Virus record (IMG/VR): IMGVR_UViG_3300025141_012285
Span: 20,072 to 84,071 of that record
Strand: one strand, 5' to 3'
From: a virus
DNA: 64,000 nt
In this document: piece by piece, positions 28,705 to 38,239 of the stretch
Layout of the letters: the number at the start of each line of letters is the position of its first letter
Numbering within the stretch: the stretch's first letter is position 1
Program-made: the position numbers and the translations under genes
The notes under the pieces: model-generated
Databases searched by the model: none
Seen by the model: the letters and a program-made list of their open reading frames with translations, nothing else
What the model was told of the DNA's origin: nothing

Positions 28705-29926
28705 AGACCTTATATCCTTTGCTGACCTAGTGAGCGGCACCGGCGGCATCGACGCGCTGGGATCTGCCATCAGGAAAGCGGCAGCACCCAGCGATAAGTT
28801 TACGGGAAAGAATACTTTTAAAGCTCGGATTCTTCGTCGTCTTGGCTCCGGCCAAGAGATGGATCCACAAGTCATGCAAAACATGCAAGGACTACCGGCG
28901 GGAGAGCAATCTCGCCTTCGGGGAAAGGGATATCAGGGTTATTATATTCAGATCTTGGAAGACTCGCCACATGCGTTCTTGCCAGATCCTTGTCCACAAG
29001 GAGAGGCCGCCACGGCAAATGTGGGGCACAACCAACTTCTCCAGTCAATGTATACGACCGCTCTTTATTCCGGAGAAACCTTGTATGGGGGATGTGAAGT
29101 ATTGGTTCGTATGGAAAAGAAGGGCTTTTCTTATGACACTGATATTGCTTATATCGTGGACATCATTGGCTCAAATGTAGCACGCAATCGCCGACAGGGC
29201 AATAGATGTGCACAGCCGGCATCGAGCGCTTATGGAAACAAGAATGCAAGCCCACACGCCATGGGAGTTCCATACGCCGGCCAAAGCGCCGGCGGCGACC
29301 TATTAGCGTTTATTGGTAGCGGCGAAGGCACTTATAACTCTATGAACCAAGGCACAAGCGGCGGCACCATTATAGGGAGCACCCATAACGCGTCCACCAT
29401 TTTACCTAAAAATCTTACCGAAATGACAATCGCTGAGGTTCTGCAGCACCAAGCAGCCCACTCGTCGATAAAGGGAACGAGCGGTACCCCGCCCGTCCTC
29501 TTTGCAGCAGGAAGATACCAGATTATACCCGTAACCATGTTGCTTGCGCTAGCGGAAACCGGCATTTCACGCGATACCTTATTCAATGCGGCGACCCAAG
29601 ATAAGTTGGGAAGCGCCCTCCTTTACGGTACTAAGAGATCAACACTAGCAGGATACCTTCAGGGGAGACACGACAATATTGAAGCAGCACAGTTAGACTT
29701 AGCTCGCGAATGGGCCTCTGTGCCCAGTCCTGGACCATGCGCTAGCGGGGGCAACAACTGCTCTGGACGCTCATATTACGGCGGAGCGAATAAAGCTTCA
29801 CAGCATCACAATAATGAAAAAGTACAGAAGGCCTTGCGCGCAGAACGCGAAAAAAACATCGCTACCGCCGCTGCAGCAGAAAGCGAAAGGGAAGAGAACA
29901 TGCGTGCACTAGGCATGATAAGTTAA
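28697..29926 (+). CDS. Putative baseplate hub protein with lysozyme-like (lambda R/GH104-like) domain
   Basis: LLAFIGSGEGTYN, FAAGRYQIIP, FNAATQDKL, LAREWASVP. ATG at 28697 after an AAGGAG RBS. Confidence 0.72.
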   Translation: MAKDLISFADLVSGTGGIDALGSAIRKAAAPSDKFTGKNTFKARILRRLGSGQEMDPQVMQNMQGLPAGEQSRLRGKGYQGYYIQILEDSPHAFLPDPCPQGEAATANVGHNQLLQSMYTTALYSGETLYGGCEVLVRMEKKGFSYDTDIAYIVDIIGSNVARNRRQGNRCAQPASSAYGNKNASPHAMGVPYAGQSAGGDLLAFIGSGEGTYNSMNQGTSGGTIIGSTHNASTILPKNLTEMTIAEVLQHQAAHSSIKGTSGTPPVLFAAGRYQIIPVTMLLALAETGISRDTLFNAATQDKLGSALLYGTKRSTLAGYLQGRHDNIEAAQLDLAREWASVPSPGPCASGGNNCSGRSYYGGANKASQHHNNEKVQKALRAEREKNIATAAAAESEREENMRALGMIS

Positions 29927-29936
29927 AGAGGAAAAT

Positions 29937-30944
29937 ATGACAACTAAAATTTACGACAACAAAAACAAAGAAAACAAACCATCAGAAACACCACCCACTG
30001 CCCAACAGAGAATAGACTCGGGCCAGAGGCCTCAATATGCCGAGAACGGACTTTTCCATAGCCCGATTGCGGTACAAAATATTCATTATAAGGTAGCCCC
30101 CAACGAAGAGATCCTTCAAAATGAGGGCTCTTATATAGTTTTGGGCACCGATCGACCCGACGCTGCCGCCTCGGGTTATGGAGCGATGGGCTCTAACCGC
30201 GCCAACTCTATTGATTTGGTGGTTGGGCGCATGGCAAATGCCGGAAAAGGTGAAGGCCCTCCCGGTCAAGAAGGTGGTACTGCGTATGTTGACAATTCTA
30301 TGTTTGCTGACGCCGCAAGGGTTCTTATAAATCAACTAACTGACGTTGACAAGAACTTTGGTTTGGCAGCCGGCAACACAGGCCCATCCAAAGCCCGCGC
30401 CTCTATTGCGGCAAAAGCCGACACTATTCGCCTAATTGGCCGCGAAGGTGTCAACATTGTCACGGGCGAAGCTCTGGATCCCGATGGTTATGGCTTAACT
30501 GGAGAGACTAACTCTCTGGGTGGGAAAATTTCAGTAAGGGCACCTGAAATCAATCTTATCGCGGGCAACCACACTGGTACATATATTACCTACGGCGGTA
30601 TTTATCATCCTCTCGAAAAAATTCGAAACCTGCAGCCCGCAGTGAGAGGTGACTTATTGCGAGATGCACTGCTTGAAATAACCGACTGCATAGAAGACAT
30701 CTTTGCCTCTTTGTTCGTCATAGGTTGGACATCGATGATGCATAACGCTCTAAACGCATTCATGTTCCCCTACCCAATGTGGCCGGGATCGATGGGCAAT
30801 GCGTCTTCATTCCTCACGCAGAACTTGAATTGGGTAATAAATGCTAACTATCAGGCCCGCATCAACATGAACTTTATCCAGTTCAACTATATGAATGTGG
30901 GCGGATATAAGTACATTTGTAGTCGGAACGTAAACATAACTTAG
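29937..30944 (+). CDS. Putative baseplate spike/hub (gp5/GpV C-terminal-like) protein
   Basis: Lies between the lysozyme and gp25-like genes, with short beta-strand repeats (YIVLG, IDLVVG, ADTIRLIGREGVNIVTG, APEINLIAG). Confidence 0.45.
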   Translation: MTTKIYDNKNKENKPSETPPTAQQRIDSGQRPQYAENGLFHSPIAVQNIHYKVAPNEEILQNEGSYIVLGTDRPDAAASGYGAMGSNRANSIDLVVGRMANAGKGEGPPGQEGGTAYVDNSMFADAARVLINQLTDVDKNFGLAAGNTGPSKARASIAAKADTIRLIGREGVNIVTGEALDPDGYGLTGETNSLGGKISVRAPEINLIAGNHTGTYITYGGIYHPLEKIRNLQPAVRGDLLRDALLEITDCIEDIFASLFVIGWTSMMHNALNAFMFPYPMWPGSMGNASSFLTQNLNWVINANYQARINMNFIQFNYMNVGGYKYICSRNVNIT

Positions 30945-30953
30945 GGTTTTAAC

Positions 30954-33900
30954 ATGGCAGAATATACGAAAGCTAGCAAAAATTTAACAATGGTACCGAC
31001 TCCGGAACTGGAAGCTCCCGACGGTCAGTCTCCGTATTTACCGTTCCAAGATAAAAATGGTGATGGCATGCCTGATATCTGTGGCGACGTTACACCACCG
31101 GTTAAAGTTTGTAAAAGTTGTATTCCCAACCCCTACACCATTGTCTCAAACTGGCGAGACATGCAATCAGGAGTCCCTCGTATAAATGAAAAGAACTGTA
31201 TGTATGAAGTGCAGTTAACGACCCCCAGAACAACCACTGGATATAACGCTAAAATGACCGACGATGAGGCCGAAGCGGCCCTAAAGGAAATCTGGGAGTT
31301 TCATGCACCGGGCACGATTCAACAAATGCTTGAGTATCTTCAGAAAGATGATTCTCAAGAAAGTATTGATAAGATCTTAGCGGTTGTACAATATACTGAC
31401 TTCTACATGGATCCGCGCCCACGATCACGACTTAAACTGCTTTATTCTGTAGACTACGACGATGTATTGGCCCTCCCTGATTTAGAGAACGACGACGATG
31501 CAGCCGACGAAGAGCCCATAGACAAAACAGACATAAAAGTTTCGATTAACGCTTCGATGTTGAATGTCACGGCTCTTAAGCTTCGCAAAGGTCTTGATCT
31601 ATATAATAGGTATTTGAAAGTATATAGAGCTACAGAGGGCGGCAACTTAAAATTTAAAGAGAGCGACGTGATTTTTAATCTCGGAGAATATGGCGACGAT
31701 GGATTTTTTGGTTCGGGCGCTGTAGCGGATCTTGTTGACGAACTGGATTCGTGGCTTGATGCGCGAGGCTTTACCCTCAATGTTAGTTTCGGGGACTTCT
31801 TTAGTTCGGATGCAATGGTCACCAAACTAGATTGTGTTTTCACCTACGATTATAAAATCAAAAAGATGAAAGTATATACCGCAGGCTGTTTGGATAGGCC
31901 AAGAAGAACGTACGGTAAAAAACGATTGGCATCATTGCGCCGCCGCTCAACTTGGCGAGATAAAACCGCGGTAGCTTATTTTGCCAAGCAAAATGATATG
32001 GTCCGTGATCTCGGCTCCCGCGTACCGATTCCGTGGATTGAATTCTTAACCAAATATACTTATCCGGAAATTTACGACTTTAAGCCAGAAGGACCCATGG
32101 GCTCCCCCACTATCAGTGATTGTATAGCCAATAACCTCGAAAACGAGTTCAAAGAACTTGGCCAAGATATTTTTGATGAAGTATTCAGCTTGGGTGATGC
32201 TATTGCTAAGGCCTTCCATGATTCGTTGTGTCGCTCCAATCCAGACGAGGTTGACAAAGACTTTGGGGAAATGGGCCTTAACGCCGCGGCAACCTTTGCA
32301 GACGCATTCAATATGGAAACTATGGCAGAGTTCCAATCATTCTTTACGGTAGATGAGAAAGATCCTATCTTCGTTAACATGTGTAAAAAGATATTAGCCC
32401 CGGCCGGCAGTGTCGCCGGCGCCGTTTTAGGCTGCAGCGGCGGTGGCTTTGGTCTGGCCGGCATGGATAGCTTATATAGATACGGCCTAGGCCCTCTTAA
32501 AAATTGCGGATTATTTGACCTGTTATTCGAAGCAATGGAGTGCTTATTTAAGGGCCTCAGCATGGACGAAGCGCTTGGTCGAATTGTCCTGTCGGCACTA
32601 AAAGCCATGGGCGTTGAGGACTTTGGCGAGTTATTTGTTGGTCTTCCTGATGACAAGAAGAGAGAACTTGACGCACTAGTCAAAAAGAATCTTGCGTCAG
32701 GGAAGAGTTTTGGAAGATTAGGAGATGACCCCTCTCCACGCAAAGAGGCCGCACCGTTCTGGGGCGGCTATAATTTAAAGCGCCCATGGGAAAATGAAGA
32801 ATACATGGCCCAACAAAAAGCCAACGCGCGCCCGGGCCCCCACGGCAGCACTACATCAAAGACTCCGGCGACCCCGGGCGAAAAGAGAACATTATCGGCA
32901 ATGCTAGCCGGCCCATCCGATCAACAAAAGGGAGAATTGGATCCCAACATAGTGCTCGAAGCTTATATATTGGGTTTGATCGAGGTGTACGAGGGCAACT
33001 ATCTAGTATTACTAGATCAGTTAAGCAACTTCCCCGGCGCGCAACTGATTTCCGCAGTTATCGCTCTTCTTGATTGCCCCGCTCCTCCTCTCTTTAATCC
33101 CGGTATTGATGATTTTATCAAGAGCCTTGGGTTGCCGTTCTGTCGTGATCCCATGGATGTCGTTGCCATTCGCTTCGAGAATCCTTTTAGAGCATGGCCT
33201 AAACTATCTGACATTCTGGGGCTCCTCTTTGCGCTTCTAAAGTGTCTCCTCAAGATGCTCATCCTGAAGATCCTCCTAGCTATCTTGGGTAAAATTTGCG
33301 AGATTATTGGAAATGCGATCTGTAAGGCACTCGAAACAGTGGGGGCGGTGGCAGGCTCACTACCCGAGATTCTCAGCGGCCGCGAAAGTCTAGCTGGGGT
33401 TATTAGAGATACTATCTGCGGGCCTTCTGCCTCGGACAAACAGGTAGAAGACACCGTTGTTTCACTGGTAGACCAGCTTGGTATTGGCGGTGCAGCCTTG
33501 GCCGACAGAGAGAAGGCGATTAGTTTCTTTGCTGATACTATGAACACAATGACGCGCGAGGAAGTCTTTACATCGTTCATCGATCCGACGGGCATGCCGG
33601 CCCACGCCCGCGATTTGGTAGACAACATTATCGAGTTTGATTACCCCGAATATCGCGATGCCTTCCCCACAAAGTCATCCATTGCCAACTTCTATAGGAA
33701 TGTTGGACTCTTAATCCCTGTTGAAACGCGAAGCCAATTGCAGTCGATGTTGGAACAGTATCCAGAAGAAGCCGGAGAGCCAGCCAACCCATCGATGTGT
33801 TCGACGCCGGAAGAGCTAGATCTATTCAACGCTCAGCGGTGTGCTATTTTAGAAGGCCGCATGTCCCCGGCACAATGTGAAGCATTAAATGCAAGTGCCA

Positions 33901-36900
33901 AAAATCAACTACTTGAAGATTTAGATGATGTTGCCAATGTCCTCAACAAGGGTGTATCCAATCTTGTAGAAGAATTGATGCCACCAGTATTTTCTGATCC
34001 CGGGTGTGACAATGGGATTCTTCCCCATACACCTGATGAAATTTTACAAACGGCTAACATGGTCCTCGACAGCAACATGAAATACATGGAAGCCACGTTT
34101 GCGGCCGATATGCTTGGCGATGGCGGATTCAGCCTTTTCAATAACCACGAAGATTGGGGATTCCTCAATATGGTCCTTTCGGATACTTATGGAAACCCAT
34201 GGACTGTCCATCAAGACAAGACCGCCAACGGCGCCGAATGGGTTTCCTATTACGGAGAGATCTCTGACGAAGAACCATTTGGTCCCCCAGACCCCCCTGC
34301 AAGTCCGTGGAAAATCCCTATCTGGCTTATTGCGCTCATGGGATGGCTGATTCTGTTTCCTCTTCTTGTGGTCATTTATATAATCGATTTGATGTTCTTT
34401 GGCTCTCGACGCGGCGCTTACCCCCAATATGTGGCTGGTTGGCTAAAAGGCCAGTATCAAAGAGGTGGAAACCCTGCATCGGGTACCAGAACACTGCCCA
34501 AAGAAGCCAGAGGCCGCGGCGTGGGGGAACCCACAGGTCTCATTACGTCCGACCTCTTTGGTAAGAGCTTAACTAGCGACGCCTCCTCTATGGTGTTCGA
34601 ACCGAACCAGAACAAAAGGGAAACTAAAACATTCTATAAATCATTCGACGATCTTGGCTTCGAGGGATTTTTGTGGGATACTGATGTTGAGTTGGTGGAT
34701 GTCCCATCTTATGGCTATAATGTGACGGCGAAACCACAGTTTAACAATGATAGAGTGAAGTTTACTAAAGAACCCCGCAAGGACACACCAGATATTCGTT
34801 TAACCTTCAAGGACAACGCGAAGGGATATCGCACCGGCCCCAACGGCGGCCAATCTAAGTGGGCGTATGGATATCAAGTTAATGCGTTCTATCATGATTT
34901 GATAGTCCCGTCCGGCAATATGTTCAGGAATCGCCCTGACGACAATGTTAGAGTCTCAATAACCACAGCAATTAACTTCGGTGCAAAAGAGGGTCAAGAT
35001 ACCTCTACACTTTCCGAGAGCGATAAAAAGAAAATGGACAGCAAGGAAGATGAGAATAAGATTGTACGGGTTAAAAGGATGGAATGGCTGTCGGTAGACG
35101 ACAGCTTGGGCGATCTGGCAATGGACCAATATCCAACATTACAAAAGAGCTTTGAAGAATATAAGTCTTATTCTCCCCCTATTGGCGCATTATTAGATTT
35201 AACCCGCGGGAAAATGACATTTAATGAAGCAGAAAAGATGTATACAGAAGTCAATCAATCATTCTATGATGACATGGTTGACGAAATAGGTAGCAACGAG
35301 CGCGCATGGTTGTTCGGCGCCACAATGGATCCGCTTATGCGCAGCGACTTCGATTATGGAGTTACTATGGACGACGAGCTTTTAGGCTCCGGTTATGGCG
35401 GAGGTCCATCGGGCTCATTTGTTCCCATCTGGGACCTCACATTTAAAGTTGAGGGCGAAGATGTCCCAGCTTGGGCCACCGACGCGACCGTTATGGGGAT
35501 CAGCCGCGACATGCACAATCATAATACTAGTGACCCCCCCACACCTGAAAGAACCCGAGTCTTCTATCTTGATCCGGGCAAGTACGGAGGCAATGCTATC
35601 TTTCCCCCTGTTTATGCAAAGCCTATGCCGAACACCGGCTGGACTGGTATGGTGGATATAATGTTCCCCGAACGCAGCCCTTGTAGTCCTAAAATAGAAG
35701 GCATCGCCGGTTTCGGCGAAGTCCAAGAAATGGTTTCAAAAACTTATGCGTCTCTATCCGAAGACCCTCGTTTGATGGGCTCTCCTGATTGTACCAAAGA
35801 ACTACCATTTGATCGAATCCTGACTCGCTCTGGCAAGTGCGCAATCCGCGGCCTTATCATGGCTGGAATCCGGGCCTTTGCAAATGTTTCAATAATAAAA
35901 TCATTGCCTGTATTTTCCACATTCGCGCCCAAGTTTCCAAGCAACTACAGCAATGCTTACGCGGGTTATATTGTAGAGATAATGAAAGAAGAGATGATGA
36001 CAACCGGCACTGGTTTCTTAAATCCATTTAGTGACAACGAGTTCTGGTATGCCTTCCTTGAAATGTCGGTGCAGTTTTATGTTGAGCGCCTCGGCGATGA
36101 TGAGGACAAGTTCGTTACAGTGGAGACTATGCCTGAGCACGTACGTAATGCGCTCGACAAGATTGATCAGCTTCAGAAAACTTATAAATATCCTTGGGAT
36201 TTCGATGATTTCAACAGCGAAGACTATGGGACGTTTGAGTCTATGAAAAGTTTTAGAGAGAGTAAAAACCTAGAAGCTGTACAGCGTGTGGAAAGTGATG
36301 CAAAAATAGTTCTGCAAGAGTTGGTGGCGGAACAATTAAGTTCCGTTGGCGCCAACTTTGTGAAGGCATACAGTCGTGCGAACGCGACACCCACCCACTA
36401 TAATATGAATTTCTGGTTCTACAACAAATATTGTCAAGGCGGAGCAGATCTTAAACTGCGCGGCAAACATATTTCCCGACCCAAGGCTCAGTCGCTCCCG
36501 ATGTCTGGCTCGAACCACTACAGCACCGGAGATATGTTAGCGCTGCCCAGCGGCCACCCCTATGTGGGGGAATATCACGTTCAGAGGGACATCGATGGGT
36601 ATAATATGTATATGGCCGGCCCAGAGCATGCTGAAGATGAAAAACACGATCGGCTTGTGCCTTTCGCTGATATATTAGAAGTGGTTAGTCGCGACGAAGA
36701 TGGTAAGGAAACGCTGCTGGGAGACATCCCTAATACGAGCCCGACGTATGCTTCAACGGATATCCACAAACAATTTTACTTGAAAAAATATATTGAGGTA
36801 GGCGGCACCCGGATGACCAATGAGGAAGCAAAAGCTTTTATACGACCCCTTAATGGAAATATTTCAGATCATTATCCCGGAAACATTAAACTGGTGAAAG

Positions 36901-37814
36901 AAAAAATAATAAAAGACAATGTGGTAATCGGAGAGGGTAAACCAATTGGTATCACCGGTGAACTGGGTGTATACTACGGCTTAGAGATAGGGATTATGGC
37001 AGCTTCCGGCCCCATCCCGATTGCGCGCACAACAGTGGGTGCATTAGATCTTCCGTGCGCTAAGTTTCAGGGAGTGGAGGCAAATAGCAAGTTGTTATTA
37101 TGCTTAATCGATCAGCTTGAAACTGAGGACAACTACCGCTTAATGGTTGATTATATCTTTTCCATGAAGAAGGCCACCGCAATGCTGGCTATTTATAATG
37201 ATTTGGGTCTTCTTCCCTCGATCGGAGAATGGACTGCAGAATCTGGCGCCCTTAAGTCCCCGGGCATGCCCGAGAGCATTATTCCTCTAGAGCCGCCCGG
37301 AGACGGCGGCAAGCCCGGCGGCCACTTCAATCGCAGCTTTGTTTGGATGGAAGCCGAGCGCGATTCCCTCGGCGAACAAGTAATTATCTCCACGTGGGAT
37401 GAGGCTACCCAAGAATATATTCCAACCGCCGATCCTCCGGAGGGCCACACCAACCCCAAAATAGCATATATTGTACCGGACCCATACTTTATCCCCGGAT
37501 GGCTTTCTGAAGACGATCGAAACGGTTGGTTCACAAGCTTCGGGTTCTTGGACTTCGATGAATGGGATCAGAGTTGTCTGCGCAAGATGACTTCTTACAT
37601 GAAAAGCGCATTCAAATCCAATTACAGGAACAGGAAGTTTGGTCTTGACGACGGCCCTGAACGAGATCCGGGCGCCGAATGGGTCGCCGGCGTTGTTGAA
37701 AAATTCAGATATAACGCCGCTTTTCAGATATTACCTTGGTTCCAGAAAAAGCAAGCGCGCGGGAATGTGTTTAATGCCAATGGCGAAGAATGTTCACGCA
37801 AGAACTCTAGTTGA
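30954..37814 (+). CDS. Giant (2286 aa) putative virion-associated protein
   Basis: Long ORF inside the baseplate module, Cys-rich, with a DKNGDG Ca-binding-like motif and two hydrophobic segments. Confidence 0.6.
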   Translation: MAEYTKASKNLTMVPTPELEAPDGQSPYLPFQDKNGDGMPDICGDVTPPVKVCKSCIPNPYTIVSNWRDMQSGVPRINEKNCMYEVQLTTPRTTTGYNAKMTDDEAEAALKEIWEFHAPGTIQQMLEYLQKDDSQESIDKILAVVQYTDFYMDPRPRSRLKLLYSVDYDDVLALPDLENDDDAADEEPIDKTDIKVSINASMLNVTALKLRKGLDLYNRYLKVYRATEGGNLKFKESDVIFNLGEYGDDGFFGSGAVADLVDELDSWLDARGFTLNVSFGDFFSSDAMVTKLDCVFTYDYKIKKMKVYTAGCLDRPRRTYGKKRLASLRRRSTWRDKTAVAYFAKQNDMVRDLGSRVPIPWIEFLTKYTYPEIYDFKPEGPMGSPTISDCIANNLENEFKELGQDIFDEVFSLGDAIAKAFHDSLCRSNPDEVDKDFGEMGLNAAATFADAFNMETMAEFQSFFTVDEKDPIFVNMCKKILAPAGSVAGAVLGCSGGGFGLAGMDSLYRYGLGPLKNCGLFDLLFEAMECLFKGLSMDEALGRIVLSALKAMGVEDFGELFVGLPDDKKRELDALVKKNLASGKSFGRLGDDPSPRKEAAPFWGGYNLKRPWENEEYMAQQKANARPGPHGSTTSKTPATPGEKRTLSAMLAGPSDQQKGELDPNIVLEAYILGLIEVYEGNYLVLLDQLSNFPGAQLISAVIALLDCPAPPLFNPGIDDFIKSLGLPFCRDPMDVVAIRFENPFRAWPKLSDILGLLFALLKCLLKMLILKILLAILGKICEIIGNAICKALETVGAVAGSLPEILSGRESLAGVIRDTICGPSASDKQVEDTVVSLVDQLGIGGAALADREKAISFFADTMNTMTREEVFTSFIDPTGMPAHARDLVDNIIEFDYPEYRDAFPTKSSIANFYRNVGLLIPVETRSQLQSMLEQYPEEAGEPANPSMCSTPEELDLFNAQRCAILEGRMSPAQCEALNASAKNQLLEDLDDVANVLNKGVSNLVEELMPPVFSDPGCDNGILPHTPDEILQTANMVLDSNMKYMEATFAADMLGDGGFSLFNNHEDWGFLNMVLSDTYGNPWTVHQDKTANGAEWVSYYGEISDEEPFGPPDPPASPWKIPIWLIALMGWLILFPLLVVIYIIDLMFFGSRRGAYPQYVAGWLKGQYQRGGNPASGTRTLPKEARGRGVGEPTGLITSDLFGKSLTSDASSMVFEPNQNKRETKTFYKSFDDLGFEGFLWDTDVELVDVPSYGYNVTAKPQFNNDRVKFTKEPRKDTPDIRLTFKDNAKGYRTGPNGGQSKWAYGYQVNAFYHDLIVPSGNMFRNRPDDNVRVSITTAINFGAKEGQDTSTLSESDKKKMDSKEDENKIVRVKRMEWLSVDDSLGDLAMDQYPTLQKSFEEYKSYSPPIGALLDLTRGKMTFNEAEKMYTEVNQSFYDDMVDEIGSNERAWLFGATMDPLMRSDFDYGVTMDDELLGSGYGGGPSGSFVPIWDLTFKVEGEDVPAWATDATVMGISRDMHNHNTSDPPTPERTRVFYLDPGKYGGNAIFPPVYAKPMPNTGWTGMVDIMFPERSPCSPKIEGIAGFGEVQEMVSKTYASLSEDPRLMGSPDCTKELPFDRILTRSGKCAIRGLIMAGIRAFANVSIIKSLPVFSTFAPKFPSNYSNAYAGYIVEIMKEEMMTTGTGFLNPFSDNEFWYAFLEMSVQFYVERLGDDEDKFVTVETMPEHVRNALDKIDQLQKTYKYPWDFDDFNSEDYGTFESMKSFRESKNLEAVQRVESDAKIVLQELVAEQLSSVGANFVKAYSRANATPTHYNMNFWFYNKYCQGGADLKLRGKHISRPKAQSLPMSGSNHYSTGDMLALPSGHPYVGEYHVQRDIDGYNMYMAGPEHAEDEKHDRLVPFADILEVVSRDEDGKETLLGDIPNTSPTYASTDIHKQFYLKKYIEVGGTRMTNEEAKAFIRPLNGNISDHYPGNIKLVKEKIIKDNVVIGEGKPIGITGELGVYYGLEIGIMAASGPIPIARTTVGALDLPCAKFQGVEANSKLLLCLIDQLETEDNYRLMVDYIFSMKKATAMLAIYNDLGLLPSIGEWTAESGALKSPGMPESIIPLEPPGDGGKPGGHFNRSFVWMEAERDSLGEQVIISTWDEATQEYIPTADPPEGHTNPKIAYIVPDPYFIPGWLSEDDRNGWFTSFGFLDFDEWDQSCLRKMTSYMKSAFKSNYRNRKFGLDDGPERDPGAEWVAGVVEKFRYNAAFQILPWFQKKQARGNVFNANGEECSRKNSS

Positions 37815-37856
37815 TTATTCACAACCGATCTAAATATTTAAAACAGGAAAAAGTAC

Positions 37857-38225
37857 ATGGCATCACTCTCAGTCAGATTACCTCTTGAGCGCAATTCCTC
37901 TGATGGTTTTCAAATGATCAAAAGCTTCAAAGATATGATTAAGCAAAATTTTAAAATGCTTTTATTGACATCACCCGGCGAACGAGTGATGGAGCCAGAA
38001 TTCGGAGTGGGCTTGAGACAATACCTATTTGAAAACTTTTCTGAGTCAACGTTTGCCAAAATAGAGAGAAATATCCTTAAGCAAGCTAAAATTTATTTGC
38101 CCGCTGTTGCGATTGAAGAAGTATTTTTCACAGCCATGGATGAAAACGCAAATGCACTTAGTGTTCGAATCAAGTACGCAGTACCGAATTTAAATACTAA
38201 AGATTTATTAGAATTTACTATTTAA
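37857..38225 (+). CDS. Baseplate wedge / sheath initiator, gp25/GPW family
   Basis: IKQNFKMLLLTSPGERVMEPEFGVGLRQYLFE. Confidence 0.9.
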   Translation: MASLSVRLPLERNSSDGFQMIKSFKDMIKQNFKMLLLTSPGERVMEPEFGVGLRQYLFENFSESTFAKIERNILKQAKIYLPAVAIEEVFFTAMDENANALSVRIKYAVPNLNTKDLLEFTI

Positions 38226-38239
38226 ATTGAGGATTTTTT

